Below are positions 48,175 to 56,609 of a stretch of 64,000 nt of DNA, piece by piece. The notes under the pieces were generated by a model. It was given only the letters and a program-made list of their open reading frames with translations. It was not told the origin of the DNA and searched no databases. Position 1 is the stretch's first letter. Every line of letters starts with the position of its first letter. Position numbers and translations under genes: made by a program. Where the stretch lies: assembly GCA_023245155.1 (NCBI GenBank), contig JAHFKV010000001.1:203034-267033 (forward strand). Reading direction: 5' to 3'. The DNA comes from Candidatus Staskawiczbacteria bacterium. Its GTDB lineage: Bacteria > Patescibacteriota > Minisyncoccia > Minisyncoccales > Staskawiczbacteraceae.

Positions 48175-48672
48175 ATGTTAAAGCAAAAAATTCAAGCACA
48201 TATTAAAGAAGCCATGAAAGCCCATGACGAGCTTTTGCTGACCGTCCTGCGCGGAGCGATTGCGGCCGTGAATTCTAAGCAAGCCGAGAAACGGTATGCC
48301 TTGGTTAAAGCTGATGCTGCAAAAACAGAAGAGGTGTTAGTGGCAGAGTCGACACTCACCGATGACGAAATAATTGGCGTTATTTCCTCTGAAATTAAAA
48401 AACGCCGCGATGCCATTGCCTTGTATGAACAGGGCGGGCGAGCGGAATTAGCGGAAGGTGAGAGAAAAGAAATTGTCATGCTGCAAGCATATCTGCCCGA
48501 GCAGCTGTCGGCAGATGAACTGAAAAAGTTAATAGAAGAATCTATTGCCAAGGTGGGAGCTTCTTCTGTTAAAGACATGGGAAAAATCATGGCTGACCTT
48601 GTCCCAAAAACCAAAGGAAGAGCCGAAAACAGCGAAATCAGTAAAATAATTAAAGAGCTGTTAAACCAATAA
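48175..48672 (+). CDS. GatB/YqeY domain protein
   Basis: KEAMKA, KKRRDAI..Y..GGR.EL, YLPEQLS, KDMGKIM. Confidence 0.93.
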   Translation: MLKQKIQAHIKEAMKAHDELLLTVLRGAIAAVNSKQAEKRYALVKADAAKTEEVLVAESTLTDDEIIGVISSEIKKRRDAIALYEQGGRAELAEGERKEIVMLQAYLPEQLSADELKKLIEESIAKVGASSVKDMGKIMADLVPKTKGRAENSEISKIIKELLNQ

Positions 48673-48676
48673 TTCT

Positions 48677-49366
48677 ATGCAGAAACTTTTACCAATTGGT
48701 GATTTGTTTAAAAAGAGTTTCGAACTGTATAAGCCGCGAATTTGGACTATGCTATGGCTTGGAGTGATAAGCTGGATCAGTTCCATAGTGATTTTTGCCG
48801 TTTTTGGAATAGCCGGGTTTACCACATTTGCTCTTGGCAGGAATATTCTCACGTTTAACTTATTTTCCCTATTACTCTTTTTAATAGGCGTATTGCTCGT
48901 AGTTATTATTAATGTGTGGATCCAGGTAGCTATGATTTACGCCGTTAAAGAAGAACACGCAACAAGCAGTATGAAGAATTTATTGTTGGCAGTGCGGGGC
49001 AAGATGGCTTCGTATTACTGGATTGTATTTTTGCGGGGTCTGGCGTCGGTGGTAGGATTTATTTTATTTATTATCCCTGGTATTATTTTTTCTGTTTGGT
49101 TCTGCCTATCCCAATACGCCTTTGTGTTTGAAGATAAGAAAGGTTCAGGCGCCCTTGGGCGAAGCAGGCAACTGATAAAAGGATATTGGTGGCCGGTGCT
49201 GGGAAGATTATTGATTTTAATGGTTATTGCCGTTTTAATTTCTTCTATCTCTAAAATAGGATTTTTGATTAATTCATTATTCACCGTACCGTTTGGAATT
49301 GTATATCTGTATGTTATCTACGAAGATTTGAAACAGATAAAGGGTGCTTTATTGCCGGTTGTATAA
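48677..49366 (+). CDS. Integral membrane hypothetical protein
   Basis: Several TMs, FIIPGIIF.VW, AL.RS..LIKG.WW. Confidence 0.75.
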   Translation: MQKLLPIGDLFKKSFELYKPRIWTMLWLGVISWISSIVIFAVFGIAGFTTFALGRNILTFNLFSLLLFLIGVLLVVIINVWIQVAMIYAVKEEHATSSMKNLLLAVRGKMASYYWIVFLRGLASVVGFILFIIPGIIFSVWFCLSQYAFVFEDKKGSGALGRSRQLIKGYWWPVLGRLLILMVIAVLISSISKIGFLINSLFTVPFGIVYLYVIYEDLKQIKGALLPVV

Positions 49367-49387
49367 GATTTTTTAGGAATATTTTAC

Positions 49388-49419
49388 AACAGCGCCCCGA
49401 TGTACATCGGGGCGCTGTT
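49388..49419. repeat. Perfect 32-bp palindrome (terminator or REP-like element)
   Basis: AACAGCGCCCCGATGT|ACATCGGGGCGCTGTT. Confidence 0.85.
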
Positions 49420-49488
49420 TGTTTGCAAAAGCAATAAAAGAGAGTAGTATGATAAGCATTCACTACAACCAAATAAAGGAGGTGAAAA

Positions 49489-50133
49489 GTGAAAACAGTT
49501 GTTCTTTCTGGCTTTCGTCGCTTTGGCGACTACCTTGCCAATTCAACGGCAATTGTAGCGCGGCAGCTAGATCAGAAGGTCCTTGGGGGCGTTCGGGTTG
49601 AGTCAATCGTATTCAGCGCGGCTATTCCCAGAATCAATCGGGGCAAGCAGCTGGTTGGTTTTGCCAGACGCGTTGATGCAAGCGCAATCATTTCCCTGGG
49701 AATGGCTTCGGACAAATCGGGTTTGTGTGTTGAGCACGTGGCTCAAAACAGGATTGACGGAAAGTACGTTCCGACTTCAATGAAAGGCGCCCGCATTGAT
49801 GTGGCCCAACCCTACGGCCATGAGCTTGAGCTGGATCTTGCGCCCTGGAGGTTTGAAAAATTAGCACAGTCTTGTATGACTGCGGGCGTGCCAATTATGA
49901 GGCGTTCGCGCAACGCAGGAGGTTTTTGCTGTAACCACTTAATGTGGCAGCTGCATCAAGCCCAGCTCGGTGTGCCAGCTAAAAAAAGAATTTCGGCCAT
50001 CTTCCTGCACGTTCCGTGTTCCTTGGCATCCGTTGCTGACCTGGATGCTTTCACTCAAGCTGGGAAGGTAACCATGGAGCCAAGTGAAATCATCAAGGGG
50101 TTGGCGTTGCTTATAAAGCATGCGTCAATCTGA
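49489..50133 (+). CDS. pcp: Pyroglutamyl-peptidase I (peptidase C15) family
   Basis: GFRRF, SLG, E.VAQN, S.NAGGFCCN, FLHVP; SD AAGGAGGTG at 49476-49484 before GTG. Confidence 0.85.
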   Translation: MKTVVLSGFRRFGDYLANSTAIVARQLDQKVLGGVRVESIVFSAAIPRINRGKQLVGFARRVDASAIISLGMASDKSGLCVEHVAQNRIDGKYVPTSMKGARIDVAQPYGHELELDLAPWRFEKLAQSCMTAGVPIMRRSRNAGGFCCNHLMWQLHQAQLGVPAKKRISAIFLHVPCSLASVADLDAFTQAGKVTMEPSEIIKGLALLIKHASI

Positions 50134-50166
50134 AAACCGCCACGTCGCCCTGTGTGCGGTTTTTTT
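50133..50166 (+). terminator. Intrinsic terminator
   Basis: AAAACCGC...GCGGTTTTTTT. Confidence 0.7.
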
Positions 50167-50201
50167 GTTTAATTTTAAAATATATTGTACAATGCGTGAT
50201 T

Positions 50202-50615
50202 ATGGTAGAGATCAACAATCTGACTAATTTTACTGTGGATAAAGCTTTCTTTTCGGGGATTGCAAAAAAAGTCTTAACAGGCGAGAATAAGAGAACGGAA
50301 AATGTTTCCATTGCTTTTGTCACTCCTGCGGAAATTCAGAATCTTAACCAACGATACCGGAAGAAAGACCAACCAACTAATGTGCTGAGCTTTGAAAAAG
50401 TATCTCATTTTAAAGAAGAATGTTCAGAAGTGGTTATTTGCCCGTTTGTGGTCCGGGAAATGGCAAAAGATTCAAGGCTTCCCTTGAAAAAAGAATTGGC
50501 AAAGACACTTATTCATGGTTTGTTGCATGCGCTGGGATACGACCACGAGCGGTCAGCCAAAGATGAGGAAATCATGTTCGCAAAAGAAGAGTTTTATTTT
50601 TCAAAAATAAAATAA
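50202..50615 (+). CDS. ybeY: rRNA maturation endoribonuclease YbeY
   Basis: LN..YR.KD.PTNVLSF, HGLLHALGYDH; start moved to 50202. Confidence 0.95.
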   Translation: MVEINNLTNFTVDKAFFSGIAKKVLTGENKRTENVSIAFVTPAEIQNLNQRYRKKDQPTNVLSFEKVSHFKEECSEVVICPFVVREMAKDSRLPLKKELAKTLIHGLLHALGYDHERSAKDEEIMFAKEEFYFSKIK

Positions 50616-50616
50616 T

Positions 50617-51864
50617 ATGGCCAAGGGTCACATTGTTACAGGTTTAGATATTGGAACAAGCACGATAAAAGTGTTGGTTGCTGAGCGCAAAGCCGCCGAA
50701 TGGGAAGTTTTGTCATATGCTCAAATACCTTCATTCGGTTTGCGGAGGGGCGCAGTGGTTAACCCCGAAGAAACCGCTAAGCGTTTGCAGATGCTATTAT
50801 CTGGCGTTGAGCGTGATTCGGGGAAAAGGATTAGTTCGGTGTTTGTGAATATCGGGGGCAGCCACTTGCATGTTACCCCTTCAGATGGTTTGATTTCCGT
50901 TTCTCGGGCCGACCACATTATTTCTGAAGAAGACCGTGACCGGGTGTTACAAGCCACCCGCGCCATTAATATTCCTTTGAACGAAGAAATTTTAGACGTA
51001 TTTCCCAAAGAATTCATTATTGACGAACAAAAAGGCATTAAGCAACCCGTGGGATTAACGGGTGTGCGCCTGGAGGCCAAGGTTATTTTGCTATGTTACT
51101 TCCAATCGTATTTTATTAACTTGACGCAGGCAGTTTTGGGAGCGAAATTGCAGATTGACGATATTGTGCCTTCGCCCTTGGCGGCAGCTGAAGCGGTATT
51201 AACCCGTGAACAAAAAGAAATCGGCGCAGCAGTGATTGATATCGGTTCAGCTACCACCAGTTTAGCCGTGTTTGAGGAAGGAGATTTAATTCATCTGGCC
51301 ATTTTTCCGCTCGGCAGCGCCAATATTACCAATGACATTGCCATTGGCCTTCGCACCGATGTGGCCATTGCCGAAGACATTAAAAAACAGCATGGCTCGT
51401 GCATGGTAAAAGAAGCTGTTTCTTCCAAGGCTTCGGCGACCCAAAGCCGGAAAAAAATAGAAGTGTTTGATGCTGCTCACTCACTTTCGTTTACGAAGAA
51501 ACAATTGGTTGATATTATTGAGCCCAGGGTCGTTGAAATTTTAGCCTTAATGCAGAAAGAATTAAAGTCCATCGGCCGCGGGGAATTGTTGCCCGGGGGA
51601 GTGGTGTTGACCGGCGGCGGGGCAAAATTGCCGAAAATCAAAGAGTTGGCTAAACAACAGCTAAAATTGCCTTGCCAAATTGGTGTGGTCAAACAGATTG
51701 TGGGACTTGAGGCCGATCCGGCGCTGGCCACGGTGGCGGGTCTGGTCATGGGCAGTTCTTACTTTGATGACGGACAGGCAGAGGGATTATTAGGTTTACC
51801 GGCGGGTTTTATGAAAGGCTGGGGTTTAAAGTTTCGCCGGATGTTCCGTGTGTTTATTCCATAA
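50617..51864 (+). CDS. ftsA: Cell division protein FtsA
   Basis: GLDIGT, P.G..GVRLE, DIGSATT, VLTGGGAKL, C-terminal amphipathic helix. Confidence 0.95.
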   Translation: MAKGHIVTGLDIGTSTIKVLVAERKAAEWEVLSYAQIPSFGLRRGAVVNPEETAKRLQMLLSGVERDSGKRISSVFVNIGGSHLHVTPSDGLISVSRADHIISEEDRDRVLQATRAINIPLNEEILDVFPKEFIIDEQKGIKQPVGLTGVRLEAKVILLCYFQSYFINLTQAVLGAKLQIDDIVPSPLAAAEAVLTREQKEIGAAVIDIGSATTSLAVFEEGDLIHLAIFPLGSANITNDIAIGLRTDVAIAEDIKKQHGSCMVKEAVSSKASATQSRKKIEVFDAAHSLSFTKKQLVDIIEPRVVEILALMQKELKSIGRGELLPGGVVLTGGGAKLPKIKELAKQQLKLPCQIGVVKQIVGLEADPALATVAGLVMGSSYFDDGQAEGLLGLPAGFMKGWGLKFRRMFRVFIP

Positions 51865-51887
51865 TTTCAAAATTCAAATTTCAAATT
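51863..51887. repeat. Heptamer tandem repeat (AAWTTCA)x3 between ftsA and ftsZ
   Basis: aatttca aaattca aatttca aatt. Confidence 0.6.
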
Positions 51888-51895
51888 AACATACC

Positions 51896-52816
51896 ATGTC
51901 ACCGAAAATCAGGGTGGTGGGAGTGGGAGGATCGGGGTCAAACACGATTTCGCGCATCGCCAAATTTAATGTTAAAGGAGTTGAATTAATCGCCATCAAT
52001 ACGGATGCGCAGGCATTGCATTTTTGCAAAGTTCCCCAGAAGTTGCTGATTGGTAAAAATGTAACTCGCGGTTTGGGAGCGGGCATGGATGTGGCACAAG
52101 GCAAAGCAGCCGCCCAAGAAAATACCAAGGAAATTTCGGAAATGCTTAAGGGTGCAGACATGGTTTTCATTACTTGTGGATTTGGCGGGGGTACTGGCAG
52201 TGGTGCAGGTCCGGTGATTGCCCAAATAGCCCACCAACTGGGTATTTTAACGGTGGCGGTGATTACCACACCTTTTTCTTTTGAAGGGGAGCAGCGTAAA
52301 AAAATTGCCGATGAAGCTATTAAAGAGTTGCAGTTAAACGTGGATTCGCTACTAATTATTTCCAATGATAATTTATTGAAAATCATCGATGAAAAGACCA
52401 CGGTTTCCAATGCCTTTGAAATTTGTGATGACATGGTTAAGCAAGCGGTGCAGGGTATTACCGATTTAATTGTTACTCCCGGAATTATTAATGTTGATTT
52501 CGCCTCACTGATTTCCGTGATGAAAAATTCCGGCCGGGCTTTATTTGGCGTGGGAAAAGCTCATGGTCAGAATCGTGCGATTGAGGCGGCTACCAGGGCT
52601 ATCCAATCTCCATTATTGGATTTTTCTATTAAGGGGGCGAAAGGAATTTTGTTCAATGCTTCCGGGTCAGATGTTACTCTGCAGGAAATCCAAGATGCGG
52701 CCAAAATCATTACCGAACACACTGACCCTAAAGCCCAGATTATTTTCGGGGCGGTGAAAGACGTTTCGCTGAAAAAAGGCGAAGTGAAAATTACGGTAAT
52801 TGCCACCAAGTTTTAA
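51896..52816 (+). CDS. ftsZ: FtsZ, lacking C-terminal tail, with atypical T7 loop
   Basis: NTDAQ, GLGAG, GGGTGSG, PF.FEG, NVDFAS; ends VIATKF. Confidence 0.93.
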   Translation: MSPKIRVVGVGGSGSNTISRIAKFNVKGVELIAINTDAQALHFCKVPQKLLIGKNVTRGLGAGMDVAQGKAAAQENTKEISEMLKGADMVFITCGFGGGTGSGAGPVIAQIAHQLGILTVAVITTPFSFEGEQRKKIADEAIKELQLNVDSLLIISNDNLLKIIDEKTTVSNAFEICDDMVKQAVQGITDLIVTPGIINVDFASLISVMKNSGRALFGVGKAHGQNRAIEAATRAIQSPLLDFSIKGAKGILFNASGSDVTLQEIQDAAKIITEHTDPKAQIIFGAVKDVSLKKGEVKITVIATKF

Positions 52817-54294
52817 TGACTGCTTCCCGTACCCTTTTTTTCTTTTGTATTTCGTTTATGGTTGGGATTGGGCTCGAATTTTTTGTAAAAATACCTCAAG
52901 AGTTACTATGGGGATTTTTAGTTGGAGGAATGTTTTTAATCGCCGCCGGTTTTTTTTATAAAAAATCGGCGGTAGTAGCTGGCTTCTGCCTGCTCTTTTT
53001 ACTCCTTGGGATTTTGCGCCTGCAAACTTCCACATTTACCATTTCCCAAGATCCGCTCCGTAAATTAAACGATCAACCGCAAAAAATAACTCTCACGGGC
53101 CAGGTTGTTGATGAGCCCGATATTCGGATCAATCAGCAGAAACTAAAGGTGAAAGTTGGTGAAAGTATGGTGCTGGTTACGGCTAATTTGTATCCGCCTT
53201 ACCGCTACTTAGACATTGTTCAAATAACGGGAAAACTGAAAACACCGGCCGAACTGGCTAACTTCAGCTACAAAAATTATTTAGCCAAAGATGGTGTTTA
53301 TTCAGTTATAGATTATCCGGATATTACCGTTTTACCCGGTCCGCGGTTGTATACGCCAACCACGTTTTTGTATGAAAAAATCCTTTGGATGAAAGAAAGG
53401 CTGGTGGCTTCAATTTACAAAAATTTTTTCCCGCCTAACACCCTTATTTTAGAAGGCATGATCTTTGGCAATGATAAGCGCATGTCTCCTGAGTTAAAAA
53501 ATCAATTCAACGCCACCGGTCTTTCGCATGTAACTGCCGTTTCGGGAACTAACATCGTAATTTTAATTAATATCTTAATGGTTTTTTTGTTGGCGCTGGG
53601 ATTCTGGCGCGGCCAGGCGTTTTGGGCAGCTGTGGGATTAATTTGGTTTTATTTAATCATGATTGGCCTGCCCGTTTCCGGGGTGCGCGCGGGCATTATG
53701 GGAAGCATGGGGTTGTTGGCCCAAAAATTAGGCAGGCAAAATACCAGTTCCCGCGTACTCACCTTAACGGGTGCGGTCATGTTGTTTCAAAATCCCATGT
53801 TGTTGGTTTATGATGTCAGTTTCCAGCTTTCTTTTTTGGCATCGCTGGGAATTATCTATGTAAAGCCTTGCCTAGACTATTATTTAGCCGTTTTTTCTTG
53901 GGAAAAGACTCAGTGGTTAATTAGTATCCTTTCAATTACCTTGGCCGCCCAAATTATTACTTTGCCAATTATGGTGTATAACTTCGGCCAGGTTTCTTTC
54001 ATTGCGCCCATTACCAATGTGCTGGCGCTCCCAGTGGTGGAAGCGCTGACCGTGCTGGGATTTTTAGCTTCTTTTGCGGGCGCTTTTTCTCATTTACTAG
54101 GATTCCTATTTTCATTGCCATGCCTGGCCCTCTTAAAGTATTTTACGCTGGTTTTAGATATTTTTTCTAAACCCTGGGCTGTAACAACCGTGCAAGGTGT
54201 TCCCTGGATATGGATAGCGGTTTATTATGCCGCCCTGGCCGTCCTGATTTGGTGGTTGCAAAAGTCCCAAAACCTGAGTTTTTGGGATGATTGA
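52816..54294 (+). CDS. comEC: ComEC/Rec2 competence channel (no beta-lactamase domain)
   Basis: GLSHVTAVSG.N, S.VRA.IM, SFQLSF.A. Confidence 0.93.
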   Translation: MTASRTLFFFCISFMVGIGLEFFVKIPQELLWGFLVGGMFLIAAGFFYKKSAVVAGFCLLFLLLGILRLQTSTFTISQDPLRKLNDQPQKITLTGQVVDEPDIRINQQKLKVKVGESMVLVTANLYPPYRYLDIVQITGKLKTPAELANFSYKNYLAKDGVYSVIDYPDITVLPGPRLYTPTTFLYEKILWMKERLVASIYKNFFPPNTLILEGMIFGNDKRMSPELKNQFNATGLSHVTAVSGTNIVILINILMVFLLALGFWRGQAFWAAVGLIWFYLIMIGLPVSGVRAGIMGSMGLLAQKLGRQNTSSRVLTLTGAVMLFQNPMLLVYDVSFQLSFLASLGIIYVKPCLDYYLAVFSWEKTQWLISILSITLAAQIITLPIMVYNFGQVSFIAPITNVLALPVVEALTVLGFLASFAGAFSHLLGFLFSLPCLALLKYFTLVLDIFSKPWAVTTVQGVPWIWIAVYYAALAVLIWWLQKSQNLSFWDD

Positions 54295-54315
54295 AAATAT
54301 AGTATAATAAATAAT

Positions 54316-55608
54316 ATGCAAGAAGAAACTAAAAAAGCCTGGGTGGTGGCGGTGGATATGGGTTATGGGCATCAGCGCACTGCCTATCCCTTGCGCGCCA
54401 TTGCTCTTGGGGGTGCGGTGGTGAACGCCAATAATTACCCGGGAATCCCTTCCCAGGATAAAAAGTTTTGGAAAAATTCCAAAGCTGCTTATGAATTTAT
54501 TTCTCGGTTTCGCCGTATTCCGATTGTAGGGCTGACGTTATTTTTGCTGTTTGATTATTTCCAGAAAATTTTAGGATATTACCCCAAACGCGATCTTTCT
54601 AAAACCACGTTTGGCCTCAAAAGCGTTTTTCATTTTATCAACAAGGGTCGCGGTAAAGACTTGATTGAAAAATTCAGCAAGCAACCCGTACCGATTATTT
54701 CCACCTTTTTTACACCCGCATTCATGGCAGAAAAATTGGGGTATCCTGGCACCGTGTATTGTGTCATCTGTGACGCCGATGTGGCTCGCGGCTGGGTTGA
54801 TTTAGAACCCCAGAAAACCACCATCCATTATTTGGCCCCAAACACCTGGACGCGCGACCGCCTGAAGCTCTATGGCGTTCCCGCTCAAAACATTACCTTA
54901 ACCGGTTACCCCTTACCCAAAGAAAACATCGGCAGCCAGATGGAAATCATTAAAAAAGACATGGGTTACCGCTTGCTGAATTTAGATCCTAAGGGCAAAT
55001 ACAAACATTTGTATGCTCCGCTGATTAAGAAGTATGTTGGGGAGCTTCCCGTCTTGTCTAATCATCCCTTAACCATCCTGTTTTCCATTGGGGGTGCGGG
55101 TGCCCAGAAAGAAATTGCGCTGCAAATTATTCAAAGTTTGAAAGAAAAAATCAAAGCCAAGCAGCTGCGGTTTATCGTTTCGGTAGGTACGCGTGAAAAC
55201 TTGCGCCAATATTTTGCCTCCAAGGTGAAAGACTTGGAGCTGAACGGCTGGCTGCATATTCTTTCAGGGAAAACTGCCAAGGAATATTTTGAAACATTCA
55301 ATCAGGCTTTACGCACCACCGATATTTTGATGACCAAGCCCTCAGAGCTTTCCTTTTACGGCGGTTTGGGAATCCCGATTATTATTGAACCTTCCATTGG
55401 TTCGCAGGAAGATTTTAACCGCCGGTGGCTTGAACACGTGGGCGTAGGTGTAGCCCAGGAAAATCCCAAATATACTGAAGAATGGTTATTTGACTTATTA
55501 GAAGGAGGGGATTTGGCGGAAATGGCCATGCAGGGCTTTGTGGAAATTGAAAAAATGGGAACCTACAATATTGAAAAAATAATCCAACATGGGGCTGTCA
55601 AAAACTAA
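54316..55608 (+). CDS. GT-B fold glycosyltransferase-like protein
   Basis: MGYGHQR, TGYP, GGAG, TKPSE patterns as in MurG/MGDG-synthase-like GT-B enzymes. Confidence 0.65.
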   Translation: MQEETKKAWVVAVDMGYGHQRTAYPLRAIALGGAVVNANNYPGIPSQDKKFWKNSKAAYEFISRFRRIPIVGLTLFLLFDYFQKILGYYPKRDLSKTTFGLKSVFHFINKGRGKDLIEKFSKQPVPIISTFFTPAFMAEKLGYPGTVYCVICDADVARGWVDLEPQKTTIHYLAPNTWTRDRLKLYGVPAQNITLTGYPLPKENIGSQMEIIKKDMGYRLLNLDPKGKYKHLYAPLIKKYVGELPVLSNHPLTILFSIGGAGAQKEIALQIIQSLKEKIKAKQLRFIVSVGTRENLRQYFASKVKDLELNGWLHILSGKTAKEYFETFNQALRTTDILMTKPSELSFYGGLGIPIIIEPSIGSQEDFNRRWLEHVGVGVAQENPKYTEEWLFDLLEGGDLAEMAMQGFVEIEKMGTYNIEKIIQHGAVKN

Positions 55609-56596
55609 TATACTTTTACTGATTGTTTTTTTGGTTGCCGTTTTCTTGGCATACTTTTTTTTCATTGGTAATGCGCCTAAGCAGCAACCTATTACTTGGG
55701 GCGTGGACTTTTCCCAAATGCAAGCGGAAAGTTTAAAACTGGATTGGAAAAAGACCTATTTGGCCATCTTAGAAGATTTGGGCGCGGGTAATGTGAAGCT
55801 CCACACCCAGTGGGATTGGGTAGAGGGCAAAAGGGGTGAATATTATTTTGATGATATTGACTGGCAAATGCGCCAGGCGGAAATACATAATGCGAAAATA
55901 ATATATGTGGTAGGTATGAAAACTGGTCGGTGGCCAGAGTGCCATGTTCCAACCTGGGCTGCCAGCTTGAGCAAGCAGGCTCAGCAAGATGCTTTGTTAG
56001 CCTATATAAAAAAGGTGGTGGCGCGCTATAAAAACAGCGGGTCCATTATTGCCTGGCAGGCAGAAAACGAGCCCCTGTTTCAATTCGGCCAATGCCCCTG
56101 GTATGACAAAGGTTTTTTGACCAAAGAAGTGGCCTTGATAAAATCCCTTGACCCGGTCAGACCCGTGATTGTTTCTGATTCGGGAGAACAGTCGTTATGG
56201 TTGAGCGCAGCTCAAATTGGTGATATGGTTGGAGTAACCACGTATCGGAAAGCCTGGTTCCACCTTTTTGGTGATTACGGTTTTTATGTCACTTCACCAT
56301 TTGCGCCGGGAAGCTATTGGATAAAGTCCCAGCTAGTCAATTGGCTGTTCCATAAAAAAGTGATTGGCGTTGAACTACAGGCCGAACCCTGGACCTTCAA
56401 ACCTTTTTACGATGTGCCGGTAGCAGAACAAGAAAAAACTATGAACCTGAACCAGTTTAAGGCTAACATTACGTACGCCAAAAACACCGGCTTGGATACG
56501 TTTTACTGGTGGGGGGCAGAATGGTGGTATTGGTTAAAGGAAAAGCAGGGAATGCCCGAAATCTGGAACGAGGCGAAAAAGTTATTTAGTAATTAA
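55589..56596 (+). CDS. Membrane-anchored clan GH-A glycoside hydrolase-like protein
   Basis: N-terminal TM, W..VE..RG.Y.F...D, ENEP acid/base, ELQAEPW. Confidence 0.7.
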   Translation: MGLSKTNILLLIVFLVAVFLAYFFFIGNAPKQQPITWGVDFSQMQAESLKLDWKKTYLAILEDLGAGNVKLHTQWDWVEGKRGEYYFDDIDWQMRQAEIHNAKIIYVVGMKTGRWPECHVPTWAASLSKQAQQDALLAYIKKVVARYKNSGSIIAWQAENEPLFQFGQCPWYDKGFLTKEVALIKSLDPVRPVIVSDSGEQSLWLSAAQIGDMVGVTTYRKAWFHLFGDYGFYVTSPFAPGSYWIKSQLVNWLFHKKVIGVELQAEPWTFKPFYDVPVAEQEKTMNLNQFKANITYAKNTGLDTFYWWGAEWWYWLKEKQGMPEIWNEAKKLFSN

Positions 56597-56609
56597 ATTG
56601 TTGTAAACC

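Noticed and set aside
52800..52900. Frameshifted FtsZ tail
   Set aside because: The stop overlaps the comEC start (TAATG) and I saw no FtsZ C-terminal peptide downstream.
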